Shown: piece after piece, positions 1 to 10,910 of the stretch
Layout of the letters: each line of letters starts with the position of its first letter
How positions within the stretch are numbered: position 1 is the stretch's first letter
DNA from: Dicyema japonicum
Taxonomy: Eukaryota; Animalia; Dicyemida
Direction of reading: 5' to 3'
DNA length: 53,301 nt
Assembly (NCBI GenBank): GCA_011109175.1
Contig: RDEW01000012.1
Coordinates: 773,222 to 826,522 of the forward strand
Translations under genes and position numbers: made by a program
Notes under the pieces: generated by a model
Database searches by the model: none
Seen by the model: the letters and a program-made list of their open reading frames with translations, nothing else
What the model was told of the DNA's origin: nothing

Positions 1-170
1 TGTAAGCAATTTAAAAAATACAAACATCATACTAAGGTTTTGGCCTCCGTAATGTTTAACGGTAATAAATCTGCGTAGTTCATTAAACTAACACATTCAA
101 AATTTTTTGGTGTATCGTATTATTGCTTCGGAAAAACATTTGTCTTTGATGTAATGCTCAGAGATAATTT

Positions 171-478
171 AAAAACTTTATTAATTGGATAATAAAGATA
201 ATACATAATATATAACTGACTTTCCAAGATGAGAAATCTCCTCAAAATCTGGAGAATGTGAATCTGTGGTTGGAATAAATTGGGAAAATATTAATGAAAA
301 TTAAATAATTAATTGTTAAAATTCAAAAACTTTATTGATTGGATAATAAAGATAATACATAATATATAACTGACTTTCCAAGATGAGAAATCTCCTCAAA
401 ATCTGGAGAATGTGAATCTGTGGTTGGAATAAATTGTGAAAATATTAATGAAAATTAAATAATTAATTGTTAAAAAAA
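171..478. repeat. Tandem duplication, 154-bp unit x2
   Basis: TTTCCAAGATGAGAAATCTCC at 221 and 375 (period 154); near-identical units. Confidence 0.85.
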
Positions 479-553
479 TAGAAAACAGTGATGATTGAAA
501 ATCCTGTGGATGGCATTATTCTCTAAAATAATCTTTACTGCATTGTCAATGGA

Positions 554-890
554 TAAACGAAATTATAAAGAATAGCATTTGATAAATTAGCCGCGTGGCG
601 CCATGAGGTCATAAATTATTTTCTTTCCTTCCGATGACGTCATTGGATCCACTTTACTGTAAAAGACGACCAATGGCTGGCCGGTATCAAGAGGATCCAC
701 TATTCTTCCCAGGGAACANACTGCATTGTAAACGAAATTATAAAGAATAGCATTTGATAAATTAGCCGCGTGGCGCCATGAGGTCATAAATTATTTTCTT
801 TCCTTCCGATGACGTCATTGGATCCACTTTACTGTAAAAGACGACCAAAGGCTGGCCGGTATCAAGAGGATCCACTATTCTTCCCAGGGG
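554..890. repeat. Apparent tandem duplication, 175-bp unit x2 (possible assembly overlap)
   Basis: TAAACGAAATTATAAAG at 554 and 729; a single n at 719 near the junction. Confidence 0.65.
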
Positions 891-1319
891 ACAATGTCGT
901 TACCTGGAGACAAGTTCTGGACTGAAGAAAAGAGTCAGGATCAAGGAGTTAGTTAGTTTGGTTACCCTTGGTCTTTGGAATAATTTTAATTTAATAACAA
1001 CTTCAGTCAAGACCCGCAGTTGTGGGAATATTTTTAACGAATGATCCAACCATGGCTGGGTAGGCAAATAATAGTTTTTGATCCAATCCAGGCACTGCTT
1101 GGCTCCTGAGACTGGTGGATCACGTGACACTACCCTAATTTAACGAACAATGGACAGAGCATGTGAAGAGAATCTTTCACCGAGGAGCCAATAGGAGTAA
1201 TAGAACCCAATATCATCCCATGCATTAAACTACAAATAACCAACACTTTAGGTTATTCGAAATTATTAATTTTTATTCGTAATAAGCTTAATAATAAATT
1301 TAAAATAATCCAACAAATT

Positions 1320-1973
1320 TTTAAGGATTCCAATTTTAGTAAAAAATTAAATAATTAAGCTTTTGCAGATAGATTTGCATATACGTTTCCACGTAGTTCT
1401 GGCTCAATCCCGACTAGTAGCCACAACGATTTGCGGGGTTCTTTTTTTCGGCTAGCTAGTTTCACTCCTATTTCTTTCAGAAAAGCCGCAGTGAGGGTAA
1501 ATCTGTATCGGTCTCCAATGGCCAAATACTCTTTTATATTTCCACGATCCAGTCCAACTGGCTCAAGTTGAGCTGGGAAGCTTACTCCTTTGAAAGTTCG
1601 CAGATTAACATTATTCAATGCGGCGTAACGAGGTAAGCGACTTGCACTCCTTTTCCAAGACAAAGGATGTAGCACTCTTTTTGCCTTTGGTGTCAACTGC
1701 TCATCACACAGCATCTGTGTTTCTGGTAGACCTCAAGTGCCAATCGTTGTGATATTCCGATTCTCATACAGTCGTCGTCCATAAGAGTTCCGAAAGAAGG
1801 GCATGGAAATGCATGGAGCCATGCAGCAGATAGCAAACAGGAAAGCCGGTGTTAGTTCGACTCTTACTTTAGGATATCAACAATAGCCTTGTAGGAGATT
1901 GCGTCCCATTTTTTCTGATTCAAGACATAAACTGGTATTGGAAATTCTGTGTCCCCCCACTGTAAGCAAGCTT
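1320..1973 (-). mobile_element. 5'-truncated, internally deleted CRE-like (RLE) non-LTR retrotransposon
   Basis: Frameshifted AAWLHAFPCPSFGTLMDDDCMRIGI, zinc-knuckle remnant (HPLSWKRS) and FPAQLEPVGLDRG. 8-bp TSD AACAAATT at 1312-1319 and 1974-1981. The site is empty in the paralogous block. Confidence 0.75.
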
Positions 1974-2357
1974 AACAAATTGATTGCATTAATTGTAATG
2001 AAAATGAAATGGAATAAGTTTTTCATGTATATTTCACTTAAATACTCCTACCACCTACACAAATGTCTGACTGATTTCTGGGAGTATCCGTTGTTAATTG
2101 TTACCTCCACCGGATTCTCTTTAAAAGAAAGATCAAATAAATGAACTACACACATAAGCATACAACTAAAATTATTGAGGAATTTGAATGCGTGATATTA
2201 TAACTCAAAAATATATTATCAAAGTAGAATTTTAATGACTAACTAATTATTATCGAGTACACACCTCGAATTTGCCACGCCCATTTGAGAATTCAAAATT
2301 ACAAAAATACCACAAACTCAAAGATAGTTAATTCAGAAAATTATAAATTAAGTTAGT

Positions 2358-2509
2358 TTAAAGCTCACAAATGAATCGCTCCAACAGTTTCCTGACATAT
2401 GAGACCCCATTATTGACGACCTGGGTGACCTCATCTCCGTCGACAAAATTTTCAACCTCTTCCGAATCGACAAATTTGTTAGAAACGACTGACATATCCA
2501 CCACTTTCA
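2358..2509 (-). CDS. PNP: Purine nucleoside phosphorylase copy 1, last exon only (rest in N gap)
   Basis: [49 protein letters not shown], about 95% nt identical to the last exon of copy 2; retains Asn243. Confidence 0.9.
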
Positions 2510-3232
2510 NNNNNNNNNNNNNNNNNNNNNNNNNNNNNNNNNNNNNNNNNNNNNNNNNNNNNNNNNNNNNNNNNNNNNNNNNNNNNNNNNNNNNNNNNNN
2601 NNNNNNNNNNNNNNNNNNNNNNNNNNNNNNNNNNNNNNNNNNNNNNNNNNNNNNNNNNNNNNNNNNNNNNNNNNNNNNNNNNNNNNNNNNNNNNNNNNNN
2701 NNNNNNNNNNNNNNNNNNNNNNNNNNNNNNNNNNNNNNNNNNNNNNNNNNNNNNNNNNNNNNNNNNNNNNNNNNNNNNNNNNNNNNNNNNNNNNNNNNNN
2801 NNNNNNNNNNNNNNNNNNNNNNNNNNNNNNNNNNNNNNNNNNNNNNNNNNNNNNNNNNNNNNNNNNNNNNNNNNNNNNNNNNNNNNNNNNNNNNNNNNNN
2901 NNNNNNNNNNNNNNNNNNNNNNNNNNNNNNNNNNNNNNNNNNNNNNNNNNNNNNNNNNNNNNNNNNNNNNNNNNNNNNNNNNNNNNNNNNNNNNNNNNNN
3001 NNNNNNNNNNNNNNNNNNNNNNNNNNNNNNNNNNNNNNNNNNNNNNNNNNNNNNNNNNNNNNNNNNNNNNNNNNNNNNNNNNNNNNNNNNNNNNNNNNNN
3101 NNNNNNNNNNNNNNNNNNNNNNNNNNNNNNNNNNNNNNNNNNNNNNNNNNNNNNNNNNNNNNNNNNNNNNNNNNNNNNNNNNNNNNNNNNNNNNNNNNNN
3201 NNNNNNNNNNNNNNNNNNNNNNNNNNNNNNNN
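2510..3232. other. Assembly gap (723 N)
   Basis: Run of N; hides most of PNP copy 1. Confidence 1.
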
Positions 3233-3500
3233 CTACAATTGCAAATGCTTGTTCTGTCTGGATATTTGCCGTTCCCTCTACGGAGATCGAGCGTATAAAC
3301 TCTCTCAAAATTAAAACCGCACAGCTCATTCAGGCAGACAACTCATCCATTACCAGCTTCTTTTCCGAAGAGGCGACGATGAGAAATAGTCAGAATTTCC
3401 AATGTTTCTGCAAGTTGCGAGGAAACCTATTTGGAGAAAAGATTGCTCATGCATGAAAATTCTGATCTACCATAAAAGTCGTAGGCGTAGGCTTTAACAC
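3233..3500 (-). other. Unidentified coding-like segment upstream of PNP copy 1
   Basis: AYDFYG, LAETLE and GNGKY motifs shared with 12040-12240; several differences are synonymous in the minus frame. Confidence 0.35.
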
Positions 3501-3713
3501 AATATGCCTGGGTGAATTCCTTGGGGGATAACACATTATTTTATGATGCACTTGATTATTTAATACAAGATTTTTTAATATTATAAAATAGTAAATTTAT
3601 GTATCTTTTTTTCACAGTGCAGCTAATACTCGCAAACTTGGAATTCTTAGTTCCTTATATTTTTATGGACAATTTTTAAAAATAATGTCAATAATTATGA
3701 ACAATTAAATAAT

Positions 3714-4276
3714 TGTCGCATCCATCGTCTCTGGCCGTGCCATCATGTCCAGCCAAATTCTCTAAATTAAACATCCCACGACCGATTTTTAAATTATTTT
3801 CTCGACTTGTGTAAAGTTCACAAATAGCGTCACAGAAAAATGCTGATACATTTAGAATAAAAAATTACCCAAAAGGTCATAGTAACATTAAGCAATATTG
3901 ACTACAAATCAATGATAATATAACATCATAATACATTTGTATAAATTAAATCCCTAGCCCAAACCACTAAATCTAATCCCTAACCATAACCACCAACCCT
4001 AATCCTAGCCCCATACCCTAATCCAGAGTCTAATCCCTATCCCTAACCCAATCCTGACTTTAATCCCTAACCATAATATTAACCCTAACCCTAATGTGGG
4101 CGGGCCGAAGTTCATGTATACATATTCCAGTTAAAAAATTAATCATTTAAATCTAATATTATTAAAAATAAAAATAAAAAAAATCGATTTTTACTTAGTG
4201 ATTATACATTGGTGAGATGTTCAAAAAAAGAATTTACTCGGACATAATGCCACGGCCGGACGCGATGGATGCGACA
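3714..4276. mobile_element. Non-autonomous TIR element (MITE-like, TGT...ACA ends)
   Basis: Imperfect TIRs TGTCGCATCCATCG(TC/CG)TC(T/C)GGCCGTG(C/G)CAT(C/T)ATGTCC at 3714 and (rc) 4276; candidate 5-bp TSD ATAAT at 3709-3713 and 4277-4281. Confidence 0.7.
3951..4094 (+). repeat. Degenerate (CCCTAA)n telomere-like tract inside the MITE
   Basis: About 7 perfect CCCTAA hexamers among variants (CCCTAG, CCATAA, TCCTAG). Confidence 0.8.
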
Positions 4277-4399
4277 ATAATTTTTATAAAGATTTTTAAA
4301 TAAAAAAGAAACATATTTTAGATTTATTAAATTTAATTGTTGTTCTTTGCCTCGACTTTGTACTTTCTTATTTAATAGTTTCTTCAATCCATTGGATGA

Positions 4400-5012
4400 C
4401 TATTTCGCCCCTTGGCAGTGAGTTCCGGCATCGAACTCAGATTTCCGGACAATGTGCTTTGAATCACTGAGTTTAAGGATTGTTTCGTGTAGCGAAACAC
4501 TGGTAAAACCGTGTCCAGCAGTCTTCGAGCTAAGAAATCATTTGCTCTACTTTTGAACACCTCAACTTAACGCTGCCTGGAGATCTCCCTATATTTTCCC
4601 TCACCGAAAACGAAGTAATACGAGGAATAATGTCGTTTGCACGCAACAGTAGCGGAGGTTTGGACGGACTGAGCCCAAACCATGTAAAAGATTTAATTTA
4701 AAAGGCTACTCTGAGACGGGCAGAACTTTGATCACGTCTATCACCGCTGCTCGTTCGAATATTTAATGGAGTCATTCCCATATCTTTTTTGCGGAAATCT
4801 ATTTGCATTTCAAAAAGATGATGGAGTTCGCCCAATTGCGATCGGAAATAAAGGATAGCTGTTAAAATCGCGGCCTGGAGAATCTAGTTTAGGGTCGACG
4901 AAGAGCTCTCCCAGACTCGACTTCGTGTGGATGTAGCCAGTGGATAGGACGTAACAATGCACGCAACAAGGAGTTACTTCAGTGGGAATAATCCTCAATT
5001 CCAATGTAAACG
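4400..5012 (+). mobile_element. CRE-like element fragment (pre-RT to early RT)
   Basis: SFARNSSGGLDGLSPNHVKDLI and FAFQKDDGVRPIAIGN, with stops and frameshifts. Confidence 0.7.
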
Positions 5013-6640
5013 TTATGATTTAACATTAGCAACGTTTATGATTTCACATTTATAAGGGTTCGGTTCCAACCCAAGTGCCTCAAGTGCAGAGATGGCGGAC
5101 TCAACTTCCGCCATCACAAGTTCCCAATTACCTCCGACGGTCGAGTCATCTAGGTACCATAGGTTCAATGGAGTTCGCATCGCCGATGTTGCACAGTCGA
5201 TACCCAAGGCAAAGAGCAGGGGGCCAAGGGGGTCACCTTGTTGAGCTCCAGTCTTGGATTCGATGATGTGTTGCCCGAATATCAGAATACATGGGGAACC
5301 ATATGCAAGTTTCACCATCCTGCTGATTTCCGGGATCTTGGAGATGCTAGCTTCTATTATTCTGTCTGCGAATGCTATTGAAAGCATTGGGGATGTCCAG
5401 TTTGACTATTATAGCATTTGTAGTGTCTGGCGGACTGGCAGTGAAGTTCTTGATAGAGTGGATTACTGCCTCGTATCCATGAGGAATTCCAACCCCTAGT
5501 TGGGTAGGGCTCAGTTAGGGACTTAGAGTCTTGCTTGCTGCTCATGCAGTAATCTTCGCCGTCAGGCGCCTGAATACTTTGCCTACAGCGATGGGTCTTA
5601 ACCCACCACAAGGCTTTCTGAAGGCAATCAGTTTGATGCGGAAAGGAGTCCTCTGGCATAGTCAGGGATGTCAGCCCGAAGAATGTGGTCCGTAAGTGTA
5701 TTATTAAATTAATGACGGAGTTCCCCATATCGGCGATCGTGGAAGAAATGAGGTCTTTCATATGGCTCGGACGTAGGCCATCCAAGCCAGTACTGCTGCT
5801 TCCTGGGAAAGATGAAATAGCAGATCGTATATCATCTGTGGTGGTTGCCAAATGTGGGGTGTTTATCCCAATTTCTGTCTCGCTAGGTTCGACTGGGCAG
5901 GTGGATGTTTTTGGGTGATGAGCTCAAGGGTTTTTTTAAGTTGGTGAAAGAACCTTGTCATTGCTGAAGAGCATACGCAGGGCACTCAGAATGTCTCCGA
6001 CCATGACCTTCTTATTCATTTCTTTGCGTATATTCCACTTGTCTTTCTTGATCCTGGAGAATGAGGGCGAATGATCAGCAATCGTATTTCTCCTTAGTCC
6101 AGTCTCCAGGTTAACAGTTTCGTATTTAGAGGCATTTCTCTTGATGATTGAATCGAGGTTCCCTTCTTTCAGTTCGGTTGAATGTGATCCGAGGACAAGA
6201 GGTGCACAACAGAGAAGGCGTATCCAGGAATCTTGAGTATTGTCATCGACTGCCCTGGTACTTATCTTTGAAAGACAGGAGGCAGCTGTCAGACGTGCCG
6301 ACCTTGAGATCCTGAGTGGGATAATCCTCTCCGACTCAAGACGATTCAAACGGCGTAGGCATTCATCCGTGTTAGAAAAGTCAAGGACAAGTCCAGGGGA
6401 GGGCTCCCTCCTTCGGCATGAGAGGCATGACCAATTTGGCAGAGATTGTGCGCTCCTTGTTAGCCTATAGCACCCAAGCTGTCCAAAATTAGGCCAACGG
6501 GAACATTGAATACCGAATTTCCTCTTGTTTGCTTTGCCACAGATTAGGAATAGATGAGACATGCGAGAAACATGGCTTATTAAGTCCACTTTCAGTTCAT
6601 TGTCGTTCGTTCTTGCAGTGAGGTTTACCATTTTAAATCG
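5013..6640 (-). mobile_element. CRE-like element 5' portion: degenerate PHD finger plus RT
   Basis: FLIC-x11-CSRW-x4-QLGC-x12-WSCLSC; GLDGLRPSHMKDLI; GAQQGDPLGPLLF; WYLDD; KCEII. Confidence 0.85.
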
Positions 6641-6659
6641 AGTGCGGCCTATTAGAATG

Positions 6660-7590
6660 ATTTTCTACGGACAGCCCCATGTTTCACGGACATGAACTTT
6701 TTAAGAGCCATCGACGAAAGGTTGAGGACTGCAGTTGAAGAAACACTCAACATTTGTTTTGATAAAACTGGCTGGATCCATTGTTAACTACCTTTTCGCT
6801 ACGAAGAAATCGGAATACGCTCACCACTAGAACTCACCATCCCGGCCTTCCTATCTTCAACATATGTTTCCACTCACACGCCAGATCCTAAGCTACTTTA
6901 ACGGATCGGACGCTGAACCAGTGGTATGCACGGCTCGGGAAGTCTGGATGCGACTAGATGTTGAATAAACAACGAGAATGGAATGCTCAAAAATCATAGA
7001 AGAGATAAAATTTGTGCTTGGTCAGCATCGTCGGGCTTCTGCATCGACAAACGTGAGTGGAGCCTGGATCAGAGCATTATCATGTACCTCAATTGGGACA
7101 CTATTGGATTACGACGCGACGAGGATTGAGGTTTTCGTCCGCCTCGGAATGGATGTTTGCTAGACCCATCGGTGTAGATGTAGAGGAATAGTCGACGCGA
7201 AAGGTCTTCACGCTCTTTCCTACCGGAAGAGGCTGGAAGAAGTCCTAGACACGCCGCAATCAATGGAGTCATTGCTTGGGGAATTGAGGCTGCCGGATTT
7301 CCTGTCCAATTGGAGCCGCTTAGACTTGCTCCAGCAAACGAAAGACCGGACGGAATTACTCTCTTCCCATGGAAGAGTGATAAATACCTTGCCTGGGACG
7401 CCACCTGTGTGGATTGCCTCTCTCCTTTCAACCCTGCGACAGCAGCAACTAACCCAGGCTATGCTTCGGAGAAGGCTAACACCCTAAAGTTAATTGGGAA
7501 CGCATTTCCTTGCAATTCTTCAGGGGAAATGCGTTACCAATTATAAGAGCATCCAGTAGTTGTTAACTAATTTTTTACATTAAATAATTG
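6660..7590 (+). mobile_element. CRE-like element 3' portion (post-RT, zinc knuckle, RLE)
   Basis: FLRTAPCF, LPFRYEEIGIRS, GAWIRALSCTSIGTLLD, RPDGITLFPWKSDKYLAWDATCVD, and an ISLAILQGNA-like end across a frameshift. Confidence 0.85.
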
Positions 7591-7769
7591 TGTATTTGTA
7601 AAAAACTAGTTTTAATCGACCATTGATTCATCAATGATGAGCCATCATGGACTTTTCTTTTATTTGGTCACTTTTTTTTGGGTTATCGACCAAACTGGTT
7701 GGAAACTTTAGAGACATACCTTTCAGAGAAAATGTTTCAGTCCTGTATCATGAATTGATTATTCGTTTC

Positions 7770-8933
7770 TGAATTTATCAAATGAGGAGCTCAATATTGG
7801 TTTTGAGCTACAATCCTATTATGAGAATATTATTGATAAATTTTCTTTGTCTTTGGCTCAGATATTCCGAACAAATCAAAATATGGAATACAAACATGAG
7901 TGTATAATATATTATTAGGTTTGTCACTAAATTTCTACCAAACTGCGTGAATAAAATCACCCCCTATTCTATTCAATCTATTTCTGATAACACCATGATT
8001 TTTACATATTCGGACATATAATGGAGACCAATGCGTCCAGATAGCATCCAGATATCTGTAAGACATGCTCAACGTCCTAAGCAGATGGATAGAAACACAC
8101 CTTTAGTGATTAATGATCTTTAATAAAAAATCTGTCTCTTTAACATGAATTTAATGATTAAACAAGAAGCAATATTCGAATATGGCTCAAAACCCTTGTC
8201 ATAAGTATTAAAAGAACATTGGCAAGAATAATTTGTACGGTGGATTCAAGAAAATATGAAAAGAATGGATAGAGTGGTCGACCATTGGGTGACTATGGTT
8301 TTCAAAATTTTTTACGTCCTCTTTCAGCGACCCGGTTATTTATGGAAGTATTCCCATATTTTTGCAGAGATATTGAGAAAAGTACATTCCGACCCCGGAT
8401 TGTGGCAATTTAAAAATTCAGTTTTATTTTCCTATTTTTTTCTAATTTGTAAATATTTAAAAATTCATTATTGTGATATTTTAAATTTATATTTAAATTA
8501 GTAAACTAAAGTTTCAAATCATCGAACTGTAAACCTTTGTCCAAAAAACAAATATCAAAAAAGTATAAAATTAGCAAAAGTAAATTGTACATTTAGGAAT
8601 GATTTCATGCATCAAAGAAAAATTTTGCTTGATTGTCAGAATTTGCTATGTTCAATCTGATTAACTCTCCTACGATGGGGATTGTCAGTTACTTTCAATT
8701 AGTTACAAAGTTAGACACTCATGTTTATGAGTTTTTATGAAAGCAAAGAGGATTTTTTCAATATCTAATGCCTTTTTGAAAAATATTGGTTTAAGAATTA
8801 CTATCAAAATGAACTACGGAGACGTGATTCAAGATATTAGCGGTTAAAACTCTTTGCATGCTACTTTATAAACAATTTTTTAATACAAAAATCATATTAA
8901 ACTATATTGATTGGAAAATACATTTTAAACTGA
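7770..8933 (+). pseudogene. Possible decayed gene of unknown identity
   Basis: One frame from 7920 to 8930 has 13 internal stops in about 337 codons (roughly half the AT-rich expectation); candidate tiny introns at 7900-7918 and 8058-8084; no family recognised. Confidence 0.35.
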
Positions 8934-9713
8934 CTTTCCAAGATGAGAAATTTTTTCAAAATCTGCAAAAACAGATAATTTCTGTGGTTAGAATAACTTG
9001 GGGGAATATTAGTGAAAATTAAGTAATGAATTGTTAAAAGAAAATAGAAAATAGATAAGCGATGACTGAAAATCCTGTGGATGACATTATTCTCTTGACT
9101 ACATTGTCACAAAAGGGATGATATTTTATTTAATTTATTAATTTATTAATTTTAATTTTAATTTAATTTTTTAATTTTAATTTTTTTAATTTTAACAAAA
9201 AGGATGATATGACAATTTAAGAGGAAAATAATGGTTTAATATAATTTTTATAAATTAAAACAAGTTGTCCGTAAAATATCATCAAACGGTTTATAACGAG
9301 TTGCTACATAATAGGAAAATTACTAGCTACTTTATGACAGGTCTCCATTATGGTCTGAAGGCATAGCACGCAATGGGAGTTACCTCTCATAATTGCGAAC
9401 CCAATGTTCTGGAAAAACCATTGCGTCATTCTAAGTTCGACCTTCCTCTCAAGCCGTACGATTAACTTAATAAAATTAGACGTGCTAGGGCCAAAAACGC
9501 AAGACGTCTCAAAAGAGATCGGAAAATAAACCGGTCCACGATGCCGTGGTACTTCTTCCTGTTCATATATTCATCGGTGCTCGCTGTGGAACCCACGTGC
9601 AACTATGACTTAATAAATTAATGGACAGAGCATTGGGAGATAACTTTTTACCGAAGAGCCAAAGGAGGAATCAAACCGAATATCATCCAAAGCATAAAAA
9701 CACTTTAAGTTAA

Positions 9714-10368
9714 AAGATTTTATTAAGGAAAGAAAAAAGAGTAAACGGTTATATAGCGGCTGCCCTGACTGCGTGGCTATTTCCTCTCAGGATGCGAGCG
9801 AGATTCACTCAAATAACCATCAGCGCTCACGAGGATCTCCTGTTCGTGTAGCGATCTGATTCCCTAGACGACTCAAGAATTCCATCGTCGCAGGCGCAAG
9901 GGAACTAGACATCTCAACGGCGAGTGATACAAACAAAAAATCCTTGGGTAGGACCGAGTACTTTTCCCGTTTCATCTTTGGCCTTCTCAGTGGCAGAACA
10001 GGCTCCAGAGGCACTCTGGAGTAAATTGCAAGAGGCAAACGTGTCGGTGCAGGTTACGTCTCAGACAAAAGGTTTCCCGGCTTCAAAAGGTAAGATTTTC
10101 ATCCCATCTTGTCGTTTCTCATTGCGACTGGGATTAGAAGTCTGTGTTCACATCCTACCGATGCGAAGACGAGATCGACTGTTTTGGCCTACACCCTCTC
10201 TCCTGCAGGAAGAGTGAAAACAGATTTCCCAGACACATGGCCTTGAACGAAGTCGTTAGGCGACCTTTGGACGCTGCCAGACACCCCTCCATGCTCAAAC
10301 CAGTCGGCCTTTGCAGGTGAGACGGGAAACGATCAGATGGGATGACAATCTTCCCTTTTGAAACCGGG
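9714..10368 (-). mobile_element. 5'-truncated CRE-like insertion with inverted 5' segment
   Basis: Minus 10118-9714 encodes the RLE and 3' end with AATAAA; plus 10117-10368 encodes the upstream knuckle-to-DGKRSDG segment; 15-bp TSD AACACTTTAAGTTAA at 9699-9713 and 10369-10383; same family as 24005-24790. Confidence 0.85.
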
Positions 10369-10731
10369 AACACTTTAAGTTAATCGAAATTAATACTTTT
10401 TATTTGTAATAAGCTTAATAAGAAATATGAAATTAAATCTAAAAATTGATGGCATTGATTGTAATAAAACCACAATGGAATGACTTTTTCGTGTATATTT
10501 CACTTGATAATCATATCACCTACTGAATGATTTTTGGGATCGTCCGCTTTGTTTGCTACCTCTCTATTAGCCACCAGTTTCTTTTTTAAGAGAAATGAGA
10601 TTGAATAAACTACACACACTTAAGCATTCCGACTAAAATTATTGAGGAATTTGAATGCGTGATATTATAACTCAAAAATATATTATCAAAGTAGAATTTT
10701 AATGACTAACTAATTATTATCGAGTACACAC

Positions 10732-10903
10732 CTCGAATTTGCCACGCCCATTTGAGAATTCAAAATTACAAAAATACCACAAACACAAAGATAGTTAATT
10801 CCGAAAATTATAAATTACTCGAATTTGCCACGCCCATTTGAAAATTCAAAATTACAAAAATACCACAAACTCAAAGATGGTTAATTCAGAAAATAATAAA
10901 TTA
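10732..10903. repeat. 86-bp tandem duplication just downstream of PNP copy 2
   Basis: CTCGAATTTGCCACGCCC at 10732 and 10818; single copy downstream of PNP copy 1. Confidence 0.85.
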
Positions 10904-10910
10904 AGTTAGT

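Larger units (their letters stand above)
160..3500. repeat. Segmental duplication block containing PNP copy 1, paralogous to about 8880-12240
   Basis: Collinear matches: 340-550 vs 8905-9110, 1140-1300 vs 9610-9713 plus 10384-10440, 1960-2357 vs 10440-10910, PNP exon (offset 8553), 3250-3490 vs 12060-12230. Identity is highest next to PNP and lower distally. Confidence 0.8.

Noticed and set aside
554-890. 175-bp tandem duplication as a biological repeat
   Set aside because: Near-identical units with a single n at the junction, typical of unmerged contig overlap
2358-3456. Long ORFs of 323 and 361 aa
   Set aside because: They are open only because they run through 723 N; the same applies to ORFs across 42100-42307
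3951-4094. True telomere or chromosome-healing site
   Set aside because: Degenerate, short and enclosed by TIRs within continuous sequence
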